From NCBI GenBank assembly GCA_013329055.1, contig DUKY01000020.1:54989-118988 (forward strand): a stretch of DNA of 64,000 bases, given 5' to 3'. Both the position numbers and the translations under genes were made by a program. This DNA comes from Nanobdellota archaeon (GTDB lineage: Archaea > Nanobdellota > Nanobdellia > Pacearchaeales > GW2011-AR1). Under the pieces are notes generated by a model. It worked only from the letters and a program-made list of their open reading frames with translations, was not told the DNA's origin and did not search any database. Every line of letters begins with the position of its first letter. Position 1 is the first letter of the stretch. Below, in pieces: positions 9,145-17,595 of the stretch.

Positions 9145-9149
9145 TTAAA

Positions 9150-9533
9150 ATGAAAATTCCAGAAAAATTATCTCAAAAAAATATTGAGAAATTGTGTTCA
9201 CTTGTGAATGCTGTTCAGATAAATATAGAACCGATTTTGTATGGGGAAAGAATGAATAATTATGGTCAGATGGTTCAGGAGGAATGTATGGCTTCAATTG
9301 AGGGAAATATTTACGAACCTCCAGAAAATTTTAAGGTAGCTCTGTCTTATAATTGGGATAATATGCCTCAAACATTAGTTCATGAATGTACTCATATAAT
9401 GTTTCCTTATATTGATGATAGTGTTTATTTAACTGATATTGATAAATTAGAAATTCTTTTTTGGAATGAACCATTAGTGCGAAAAGTCGCAAGAGAAAGA
9501 TTAATTGATGTATTAGGTAAACATAAATTGTAA
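9150..9533 (+). CDS. hypothetical protein with an HExxH motif (putative small metallopeptidase-like)
   Basis: The motif is LVHECTHIMF. It lies 5 nt downstream of the previous gene. Confidence 0.4.
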   Translation: MKIPEKLSQKNIEKLCSLVNAVQINIEPILYGERMNNYGQMVQEECMASIEGNIYEPPENFKVALSYNWDNMPQTLVHECTHIMFPYIDDSVYLTDIDKLEILFWNEPLVRKVARERLIDVLGKHKL

Positions 9534-9557
9534 TTATTTTAAAGTAATAAAATTAGT

Positions 9558-9570
9558 AAATTTTATAAAG
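9558..9570 (+). promoter_or_regulatory. TATA-box-like element upstream of the SLT gene
   Basis: aaattttataaag is centred about 27 nt upstream of the ATG at 9591. Confidence 0.4.
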
Positions 9571-9590
9571 GCTTATTTCTGAAAATACAA

Positions 9591-10127
9591 ATGCAAAATT
9601 TTTTATTAAATAGAAGAGATTTTTTGAAGCTCTCTGGTTTGACTGGATTAGCCTTAGCTGGAGATTTGATTATCCCGGATTTAGGTTTTGCAAAACCGAA
9701 TAAACATTTAAGAAAAAAATTAAGCCCTTGTCTTGATAATTTATCTGAAAAAATTATTTTTCTTGAATCAAGTTGGGATCCTTCAGCTTATCGTGCAGAT
9801 ACAAATGCAACGGGTTTAATGGGTGTAACTCCTATTGTTTTAAGAGAATGGAATGAAATTAGAGGTAAAAAAACTCAAAGTCATACCTCTTCTGATTTGT
9901 TTAATCCTATAATTAATGTAAAAATTGGTAGTTGGTATTTGCATGATAGGATTGGGAAAGTTTACATTCCTTGCTATGATTTAAAAAATACTCCTGAAAA
10001 TATGCTTGCTTGTTATAATGCCGGGCCAGTTAAGATTGCTAAACTTGGAATAACAGATGCTGTAGAAGATTTTAAAAAACTTCCCTCTCAAACTAGGGAA
10101 TATATTAAGAAATATTGGGGGTTATAA
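9591..10127 (+). CDS. lytic transglycosylase (SLT domain) with a twin-arginine signal peptide
   Basis: The N-terminus NRRDFLKLSGLTGLALAG is a Tat motif. ESSWDPSAYRADTNATGLMGVTP matches the SLT catalytic E-S ... GLMQ pattern, and YNAGP is also present. Confidence 0.75.
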   Translation: MQNFLLNRRDFLKLSGLTGLALAGDLIIPDLGFAKPNKHLRKKLSPCLDNLSEKIIFLESSWDPSAYRADTNATGLMGVTPIVLREWNEIRGKKTQSHTSSDLFNPIINVKIGSWYLHDRIGKVYIPCYDLKNTPENMLACYNAGPVKIAKLGITDAVEDFKKLPSQTREYIKKYWGL

Positions 10128-10168
10128 ATTTAGAAATATTTAAATAGTTACTATATAGGGGTGATATT

Positions 10169-10465
10169 ATGAAAAATTTAAAGAATTTATTCGTTACAGG
10201 GTTGATTTTAGAGATGTTAAGTTTACCAAAGGTTGTTGTTTCTCCGGTGCAAAATGTAAATTTAGATAGAGAAATTTTTACTGATAAGTCTACTAGTGGT
10301 ATACTTTATGTTAATCAAAATAATAATGGGAGATATGATTTAGTAAATGATAGAAAATCTATTTTATTTCATGGTTATTCATCGGATAATAAAAATATTG
10401 TATTAAATAATTTAGTTAAAAGATTTCCTGAAGGATTTAATTTAACTATTCAAGAAAAAAATTAA
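10169..10465 (+). CDS. small hypothetical protein with a hydrophobic N-terminus
   Basis: 98-aa ORF. A TATA-like atatttaaata and a ggggtga lie upstream. Confidence 0.4.
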   Translation: MKNLKNLFVTGLILEMLSLPKVVVSPVQNVNLDREIFTDKSTSGILYVNQNNNGRYDLVNDRKSILFHGYSSDNKNIVLNNLVKRFPEGFNLTIQEKN

Positions 10466-10469
10466 TCAA

Positions 10470-10961
10470 ATGGATTCAAAATATATTTCTTTGTTTGAAG
10501 ATTCTTTACTTCCTACGCAAGATTATTTAGAGGATTATAAATTATTTAATGTTTTTTATTCTTTTTTTCATAATAAGGAAAAGAATCTTCCGATTGTTCC
10601 TATAAGAGAACATCCTTCAAGAGAGGATAAATATTTAGTTCTTGATGGACATCATAGAATAACTATTGCAGGTTTATTTAATAAAGAGATTAATTGTTTT
10701 GTTGCTCAATCAAAATATGATTTAATGGATGAGGAAGAGGAAAATCCGGGGGATAATTTTTATTTTGGAGGAAATCCTTTTAATAATATCTTTAGCAGAT
10801 GGAATGATGTTTTATACTTTGAATCTCTTTTGGATGTTCCTAAAACTTTTAAGGATTTAAGATTTCAATATAGTTTTTTAAAAAATGTTGATATAGCAAA
10901 AGATTATTTTAAAGCAAGAGGTTTTGATTTAGAAAAGAGAGTTAATTTAAGTGATAATTAA
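10470..10961 (+). CDS. ParB/sulfiredoxin-fold (ParB-like nuclease domain) protein
   Basis: YLVLDGHHRITIAG matches the ParB N-terminal-domain DGxHR motif. Confidence 0.55.
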   Translation: MDSKYISLFEDSLLPTQDYLEDYKLFNVFYSFFHNKEKNLPIVPIREHPSREDKYLVLDGHHRITIAGLFNKEINCFVAQSKYDLMDEEEENPGDNFYFGGNPFNNIFSRWNDVLYFESLLDVPKTFKDLRFQYSFLKNVDIAKDYFKARGFDLEKRVNLSDN

Positions 10962-12085
10962 ATTTTATAAATAAATTTATCAATATCTTTTTGCGTGATT
11001 TTGCTTCTTCTTTCCTGATGTTTTGTTAAATAATTATTTATTTTATCAATTAAAATTTGTTTTAATTCTCCTGATAACAATTTTCCTGATTTGTAATCAT
11101 CATGTATTTGTTTTAATTTTTCGTCGTTTTCTTCTAAATAGATTAACCATTGGTATGCTACATCTATGTCCGGATTTCCTCCGAATTTTCGATGTTCTTC
11201 AATTGTGTCTCTTCCTCCGCTAAATGCGTATTTGTTTATTTTATTTTTTACAACTTTCGGTGAATCTGTCATTAAAATTGCTTTTTCGTGATCTGTCGAT
11301 GACATTTTTTCATCAATGCCTGTTATTGCAGGCATCATTTTTGCATGCATTATTGCCGGTTTTTGATGACCTAATTTTTCTATGACATCTCTGGAAATTC
11401 TAAAGTGCGGGTCCTGGTCAAATCCCAACGGGATTAAGCATGGTTTATTTGTTTTATTTAATACATTAGGTAAAAATACCGGTACTGTTTGCATTGCTGT
11501 ATAAAATATGCTTCCGATATTATTTGAATCTGTAAATCCAAATGCTGCTTTAATTGTTGAAAAAGTTATTTTTTTTGCAACTTTAATTGCCTCGGGATAC
11601 ATTATCCCTGCGTGTTTTGTATCAATTAAAAAGTGTGTTTTTTTCGGATCAAAATCCATCGCAATTACGTCAAGCATATTTTCATAGGTCCACTTTTGAA
11701 TTTCTTCATATGATTTATCTTTATATAAAAATTTTTCATCGTCTGTAAATTGAAACCATAATTCTACGTCAAATGTTTCCTGTAGCCATTTTACAAATTC
11801 CCAAATTCCAATTACATGTCCAAGATGTACTGGTCCGGATGGTCCACAACCAGTGTAAAGAAAGAACTTATTTCCTTTTTCATATTCATCTAATGCCCAT
11901 TTTAAATCCCGATGAGCAAAATATATTTCTCTTCTTAAATAATGAGAATCTTTTTTTGTAATTTCTTTTATTTTATTTAGAATTTTTGAATCTAATCTTT
12001 TTATCCCAAATTGTTCTATTAATTTATTGTAATCTACTGTTCCTTTTACTTCATAAGGGGTTACTTTGAACTCTTTTTCATTCAT
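10958..12085 (-). CDS. trpS: tryptophanyl-tRNA synthetase (archaeal/eukaryotic type)
   Basis: GCGPSGPVHLGHVIG is the HIGH region, QFTDDEKFLY is present, and EKMSSTD is the KMSKS-like motif. Confidence 0.88.
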   Translation of the reverse strand: MNEKEFKVTPYEVKGTVDYNKLIEQFGIKRLDSKILNKIKEITKKDSHYLRREIYFAHRDLKWALDEYEKGNKFFLYTGCGPSGPVHLGHVIGIWEFVKWLQETFDVELWFQFTDDEKFLYKDKSYEEIQKWTYENMLDVIAMDFDPKKTHFLIDTKHAGIMYPEAIKVAKKITFSTIKAAFGFTDSNNIGSIFYTAMQTVPVFLPNVLNKTNKPCLIPLGFDQDPHFRISRDVIEKLGHQKPAIMHAKMMPAITGIDEKMSSTDHEKAILMTDSPKVVKNKINKYAFSGGRDTIEEHRKFGGNPDIDVAYQWLIYLEENDEKLKQIHDDYKSGKLLSGELKQILIDKINNYLTKHQERRSKITQKDIDKFIYKI

Positions 12086-12130
12086 AATCTAATAGAGGAG
12101 TAAAGGTCTTTTAAATATTTTCTAAGAATT

Positions 12131-12363
12131 GGTTCTGTCCAGAATTAAGTTTTTTTGATTTTAGGATTCCCCCTTCAATGAAAGACCCCTCGGTTCTCTT
12201 AGAAAATTGTTTTTAAGATTTAACTATTCCCCTGAATTTTTTTGTTTGAATCTTTATCCCCACATCCCCCTCATTATTGCAAAGCAATAATTCGCCTTTA
12301 AGTTGTTAAATCTTAATTGTTAAAAACAATTTTTTAATTTCCTCAAAGTTTGGAAGGGGTATC
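12131..12363. repeat. composite repeat insertion (left half of family B plus a family-A element at 12201-12335) flanked by an 11-bp direct repeat
   Basis: ttctaagaatt occurs at 12120-12130 and 12364-12374. The B-type left arm is ggttctgtccagaattaagtttttttgattttag. The A-type arms are agaaaattgtttttaagatttaac and gttaaatcttaattgttaaaaacaatttttt. Confidence 0.75.
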
Positions 12364-12372
12364 TTCTAAGAA

Positions 12373-14571
12373 TTAATTCTTTTTATCTAAAACATATAAA
12401 CAAATTTCTCTTGCATCTTCTTTCCGATAATTAAATTTTTTTTGCAGATTTTCAAGTAAAAATCCGACATCCCTTTTAATTTTATCATCGTATTTTTCAA
12501 AACTTTTTTGACCATATTCTTTTAATGCATTTCTAAAATTTTCATTTTTTAAATACGGGAGTAATGCACTTTTTTTTAAATTTTCTGAATAAATTGCAAA
12601 TAAATCTCTATATTGGTCTGTTTCTGTTATCTTTTTTTCTTCTACTAACATTTCCTGCGGTAATGTTTGTGTTGCAAAATCTTTATGCATTTGAATCCTA
12701 AATTTTTTGTATCCTAATTCTTTTAACTCTGGTTTTTCCGGTAAAAACATTCCTCCCGCATCAGCAATTACTCTTTCAATGCCCTGGAAAAATGGTTCAC
12801 CAATTACAATTTCATCCCCTGTATAAATACATTTAATTGTTTGTTCTTTTGGTGAATAATTTATTGCAAATAAATAATTTTGAATTGTTTTACTTATTTC
12901 TTCATCATTATATCGATATAAACATTCTTGAACTTCTTCCAGAACTTTATAATCATAACTTTTTTTAACTGCTGTTAAAACTTCTGCAGATATATCTGCT
13001 TTCTCTTCGATTTCTGTATAACTTGGTTTCATTATCCCTTCAAAAAATTCCTGAACCATCTCCATTGTGAAACATTTTCTATCTTTTGATTGGTAAGTTG
13101 ACATAAAATTTCTTAATTCTTTAATTGATGTTCTTCCGGAAAGACCATCAAAACCTTCTGATTCTGATTCTCCTAATACTTTTTCTTTTACTTCTCTTGT
13201 AAAATTATTTTTATCTTCTTTACTTAGCCAATCCGGAATTTTTCCCCCATAAATTTCCATCTTTAATAACAGCATATCTTTATCTGTATAATTCGCATAT
13301 CTTTCCGGACTGTTTATCCATTTTTTTAAGGGTTCAGATTTAATATTTAACCTCGATGAAACAACAATCTTTGCAAAATTTTCTAATACCCCTGGTAAAA
13401 ATTGCTGTTCAATTTGTTCTCCAAATTCACTCTTATAAATTTGAATTTCTGTTTGAGGCACTAATACATATGGAATTTTTCTAACGACAATTCTGTCTCT
13501 GAACGCTTTATCTTTTTCAAATGCATCTTTATCTTCCGGATTTGTTAATCCGATAAATAGAGAAGAAATTTTTTCTTCTAATTCTTCAGCTCGTTCGACA
13601 GAGTCGCTGACAACACTATGAAGACCTAATAATCTTTTTTGATTTTCTCCTTTAATGTCCATTAAAGCATAAATCCCGTTATTTGTTCTTGCTAATTGAG
13701 GGTATTTATATAGCACTGCATCACTGCTTCCAAAAATTTTATTTAATTGTTCCTGTAAATATTTATCCAATTCTATTTGATTTTTTATCGGGTCTTTTGG
13801 GTTCCATACGCTTATTCCCTGCCCTTTTCGTCGATCAAATTTAAATCTTTTTGCCCGAATCATATTTAAAATTTTTTCCGGTTCTAAATCTTTTTGTGTA
13901 AGCTGAGAATAAACTGATGTGCAAATTGTGCAAGGATCTTTTTCAAATATCCATCTATATTCTTTATCTTCGAATAATTGTTTTTTGAATTTTTCATCAT
14001 GGATTAATTCTTCTAAAAGTTGTTTTCTGTGTTTTTTTTGTATTTGGATTATTGGATGATCATGATGCGGGCATGGAATATTTAGTTCTGTTTGATTTTT
14101 TTCTTTTGAATTTAATTCGTGAAGATTTAATCTCCATAATGTTTCATATGTAATTCCTTCTTCTGTTAAAGCATATTCTTCAAATTTTGTAATAAAATTT
14201 GTTAAAAATGTACTTTTACCGCTCCCTTTTGGTCCTTCAAAAAGATAAATTGAATTACTTGTCGAGTTATCTTTTAGCCCTTCTATTAATTTAATGAACT
14301 TTTTTGAAAAAAATTTATCTGCAAAAAAAGGTCTTTGAGTATTTTTTTCAAGTAAATTTGAAAGGTCATATGCTGTGCTTTTAGGTTCTCCGGGATATTC
14401 TTCAATTCCTTCAGGGATAAAATAATAAACCATATCTCTGGTTAATTGAAATATATTTCTTAAAAATTTTTTTGGTTCTTTTTCAGTTTTTTGCAAAAAT
14501 TCATCTAATGAAATTGAATGTTCTACTGTTTCATTTCTTAAATTTGCAATTAGATTTTGTTTACTTTTCAT
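12373..14571 (-). CDS. PrkA-like AAA+ protein (second, divergent PrkA paralogue)
   Basis: The Walker A motif is FEGPKGSGKSTF. It is a large helical protein whose start overlaps the stop of spoVR by 4 nt. Confidence 0.65.
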   Translation of the reverse strand: MKSKQNLIANLRNETVEHSISLDEFLQKTEKEPKKFLRNIFQLTRDMVYYFIPEGIEEYPGEPKSTAYDLSNLLEKNTQRPFFADKFFSKKFIKLIEGLKDNSTSNSIYLFEGPKGSGKSTFLTNFITKFEEYALTEEGITYETLWRLNLHELNSKEKNQTELNIPCPHHDHPIIQIQKKHRKQLLEELIHDEKFKKQLFEDKEYRWIFEKDPCTICTSVYSQLTQKDLEPEKILNMIRAKRFKFDRRKGQGISVWNPKDPIKNQIELDKYLQEQLNKIFGSSDAVLYKYPQLARTNNGIYALMDIKGENQKRLLGLHSVVSDSVERAEELEEKISSLFIGLTNPEDKDAFEKDKAFRDRIVVRKIPYVLVPQTEIQIYKSEFGEQIEQQFLPGVLENFAKIVVSSRLNIKSEPLKKWINSPERYANYTDKDMLLLKMEIYGGKIPDWLSKEDKNNFTREVKEKVLGESESEGFDGLSGRTSIKELRNFMSTYQSKDRKCFTMEMVQEFFEGIMKPSYTEIEEKADISAEVLTAVKKSYDYKVLEEVQECLYRYNDEEISKTIQNYLFAINYSPKEQTIKCIYTGDEIVIGEPFFQGIERVIADAGGMFLPEKPELKELGYKKFRIQMHKDFATQTLPQEMLVEEKKITETDQYRDLFAIYSENLKKSALLPYLKNENFRNALKEYGQKSFEKYDDKIKRDVGFLLENLQKKFNYRKEDAREICLYVLDKKN

Positions 14572-16181
14572 TTTTGTGCTTCTATAAGTCTTTTTCTTAT
14601 TTTTTTATCTTTCATTTTATATCTGACCTGATTATTCATTGTGAATTGACCTTGATCATTTTGTCCCATAATTACTTCTGTTGTATCTAATAAAACTGCA
14701 TTTCCCCAAATATGTTCTATTCCAATCATAGTGTTTGGAATAAATTGTGTGATTAATGGTTTACCTTCAAAATGGTGTTTAAGATATAATGATTCTTCAT
14801 TTGTTTTTTTTAGATTAACTGTAATATGTGGCGGATCAGGTAAAATTCCGATGAGCATTTTTTTATAATCTTCTGCTTTTCTGCTTTTAATGTAATATTC
14901 CATTTTTCTTTCTTGTTGATTGATTCTTTGACCAATAACATATAGTTTATGTTTATCCATAAAATCTTGATCTACAAATCTATTAATTAATTCAAAATCT
15001 GAAAATTCTTTTCGTAATTTAAATATCATCTCTTTGCCTTTTCCGGTTTTAAGGTCGTATTTTTCCCTTGTTTCTGTATCTTTTATTTTTTCAAAATCAT
15101 AAGTTAATTTTCCTTTATCTGCAAGTTCTTCAACATATTGAATTAATCTTAATCCGATTGCATAAGGATTTATTCTACCTTTTGTTAATGCTGTGACTCC
15201 TGCATTTAATTTTGCATAATCAATTTCACGACTTCTGACTATTTCGTCATTTCTAAATAATTCGTCATGCCAATAACTTGCCCATCCTTCGTTCATGATT
15301 TTTGTTCTCATTTGAGGTGCAAAATATAATCCTGCTTCTCTTACAATTGTTATTATCTCTTTCATCCATTCATTTTCTTTTTTTCTTAATTTTGGAGAAT
15401 TATGTAAAATATATTCTAACACGTCGTTATGTTTTTTTGGTTTTTCTTCGTTTTGATATCTTTTAAATTGCTCTTCAAATTCCGGAAAATTATTTTTAAC
15501 ATCTGCAAAAAATAATGAATCAATTAATTCCGGGTTTTGGTCTAATATTTTATTATATTTCTCTAGTTCATCAGATTGTTTTGAAGGTCTGATACTTTCT
15601 TCTTTTAAAAAGATATTAAAATAAAAATCTACTTTTGGAGGCAATTTTATTTCATTTGGAAAATTTGCCTTGTTTAAATCTTCATGAAACCCTACGATAT
15701 TATCTAATCCTCTTGCTGCTTCAATCACATAATCCACCCATCTGCCATGTTTACTTCTTAATCTTTCTATTGCTCTTTTATTTGCAAGTGATTGACCGAC
15801 AAAATCATCGTTCCATGTCTGGCGAAATAAAGCATTGTTTTGAAAAAAATCTATGTGGCCTAAAACATGATAAAAAATCATTGTGTTCATCCAATCTGTA
15901 TTATTATCGTTATAAAATGACATTGCAGGTCTTGAATTAATTACTGTTTCATATGCATTATGCGGGCTTATTTGGTATTCTCCTTCTCCGTGCAAAACGT
16001 GTATATCCTGAATCCAATAATCATACATTGTCGGGATAAATACCTTTGGTGATAATTCAATCATATCTCTGTTAGTTACATTATATTCCAATGTATGGGG
16101 ATCGAATTTTAATCCTGCGTTTTTAGCTTTTTCTTTGCATCTTTCCATTATTTGTTTTGCGTTTATGTCTATTAATTCCAT
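14568..16181 (-). CDS. spoVR: SpoVR family protein
   Basis: Motifs include MNEGWASYWH and YHVLGHIDFFQNN. Its length is typical of the SpoVR/YcgB family. Confidence 0.85.
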   Translation of the reverse strand: MELIDINAKQIMERCKEKAKNAGLKFDPHTLEYNVTNRDMIELSPKVFIPTMYDYWIQDIHVLHGEGEYQISPHNAYETVINSRPAMSFYNDNNTDWMNTMIFYHVLGHIDFFQNNALFRQTWNDDFVGQSLANKRAIERLRSKHGRWVDYVIEAARGLDNIVGFHEDLNKANFPNEIKLPPKVDFYFNIFLKEESIRPSKQSDELEKYNKILDQNPELIDSLFFADVKNNFPEFEEQFKRYQNEEKPKKHNDVLEYILHNSPKLRKKENEWMKEIITIVREAGLYFAPQMRTKIMNEGWASYWHDELFRNDEIVRSREIDYAKLNAGVTALTKGRINPYAIGLRLIQYVEELADKGKLTYDFEKIKDTETREKYDLKTGKGKEMIFKLRKEFSDFELINRFVDQDFMDKHKLYVIGQRINQQERKMEYYIKSRKAEDYKKMLIGILPDPPHITVNLKKTNEESLYLKHHFEGKPLITQFIPNTMIGIEHIWGNAVLLDTTEVIMGQNDQGQFTMNNQVRYKMKDKKIRKRLIEAQK

Positions 16182-17479
16182 TATTCTGATATAATTTGTT
16201 TTAATCCTTTTATTATTTCTTCTTCGTTAGCAGTATCTGCCATCATTGAGTAAAGTCTTAAGTGATCTTTTTCCTGTTCTAATAATCCTGATTTTTTGAA
16301 ATATTGTTCTACAAATGTATCTCCTAATTTTGTTCCTCCGGTATTTTGTGCAATTGTGATTCCTATTCTGTTTGAGTATGCAAGCATATTTCCGACTTCT
16401 TTGATTGTTTCTTTTCCTGTCTGATCCCAGTCATCTCCGTCTGTTCCATGGAATACATAAATATTATAATCCCTTGCTAAATTTTCTTCTTCAACAATTT
16501 TATTGACTAATTTAAATGCACTTGATACTTTTGTTCCGCCTGCTGTTGAAATGGTATAATATTTATGGAAATTTTCAACTTCTTTTGCATCTGTATCATG
16601 AACTATAAATCTTGTTTTTACATTTTTTTGATATTGATATGTTAACCATGCATAAATCATTAAATGTTGATTTACAATTACGTCTGTGGGTTTGCCTTGC
16701 ATTGAACCAGAATAATCCCTTAAGAAAAAGACTAATGCCTGCGATTCATATTCGACTTCTCTGGATAAAACTCTGTATATTTTATCTTTTGGATCAACAA
16801 TTAATTTATTGGGGTCAATTTTGCCTTTTGGATTTATTTTTTTTAATCCAAGATTTGTTTCAATTATTTTTCTTAATGTTCTTTTTTTGTCTAAAAATTG
16901 TCCTGTTCTGGAGTTTATATCTGTAAGATCATATTTGAATTTTGTTAATGATGGTTTTGTGCCTTTATCTTTTAAATGTGGTAATTCAAATTTTTCAGTT
17001 AAGATTTTTCCCAGTTCATAAGTACTTGATTCTAATTCATGTTCGCTTCCTTCTCCATCTCCTCCTTCTCCGGATTCTCCTTCTTCTCCATGTTGGTCAA
17101 GGGGTTTTTCTCCGATTACATCTCCTTCTTCGCCTTCGCCACTTCCTCCCATTCCGTCTTCATTTTGAGGTTGTCCATGATAAAATTTTTCTTCAAAAAC
17201 ATTTGGGATAATTACTACTTTACCATTTTTGCCAGGTTTTGCAATTTTATCCATTCTAATTTTTTTTGGAAATCCGTCTTTTTCCCGTTGTTCATCTCTT
17301 TTTAACAAATCTTCCATTGTTTGTATTTGCATTACCGGAGAAGTATTTCTTTGTAATAATATTTCAAAATCGCTAAAATAATTTTTGTTTGGTTTTATAA
17401 AATTTGGTAAATAATGTTCTTGAGAATTTATTTTTTCTTTATCTATAATTTCTTGTTGTACAATTTGAGTTCTTTTCAT
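16181..17479 (-). CDS. yeaH: DUF444/YeaH family protein (vWA-like)
   Basis: Motifs are FFLRDYSGSMQGKP (MIDAS-like DxSGS) and HGTDGDDWD, plus an acidic G/E-rich linker. The stop and start overlap with spoVR (ATGA-type junction at 16181). Confidence 0.85.
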   Translation of the reverse strand: MKRTQIVQQEIIDKEKINSQEHYLPNFIKPNKNYFSDFEILLQRNTSPVMQIQTMEDLLKRDEQREKDGFPKKIRMDKIAKPGKNGKVVIIPNVFEEKFYHGQPQNEDGMGGSGEGEEGDVIGEKPLDQHGEEGESGEGGDGEGSEHELESSTYELGKILTEKFELPHLKDKGTKPSLTKFKYDLTDINSRTGQFLDKKRTLRKIIETNLGLKKINPKGKIDPNKLIVDPKDKIYRVLSREVEYESQALVFFLRDYSGSMQGKPTDVIVNQHLMIYAWLTYQYQKNVKTRFIVHDTDAKEVENFHKYYTISTAGGTKVSSAFKLVNKIVEEENLARDYNIYVFHGTDGDDWDQTGKETIKEVGNMLAYSNRIGITIAQNTGGTKLGDTFVEQYFKKSGLLEQEKDHLRLYSMMADTANEEEIIKGLKQIISE

Positions 17480-17595
17480 TTTGGTTTATTTTTCGCAGTT
17501 TGATTGCGACCAAAAGGAAAGCCAGAGGGATTTTCATTTTAAAGAAAATTTCTCTTTATTTAATGTTAAAATTATATTTATTCTTTAAATCAAAA

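Noticed and set aside
16612-17305. Several antisense ORFs (88-104 aa) opposite yeaH. Similar antisense ORFs lie opposite thrS (7243..7578), eL31 (42194..42846), trpS, lysS, the PP-loop gene, cbf5, the surface protein and the paralogues.
   Set aside because: They are F/L/I-rich low-complexity translations, typical of the reverse strand of AT-rich coding sequence. Each overlaps a gene with strong conserved motifs.
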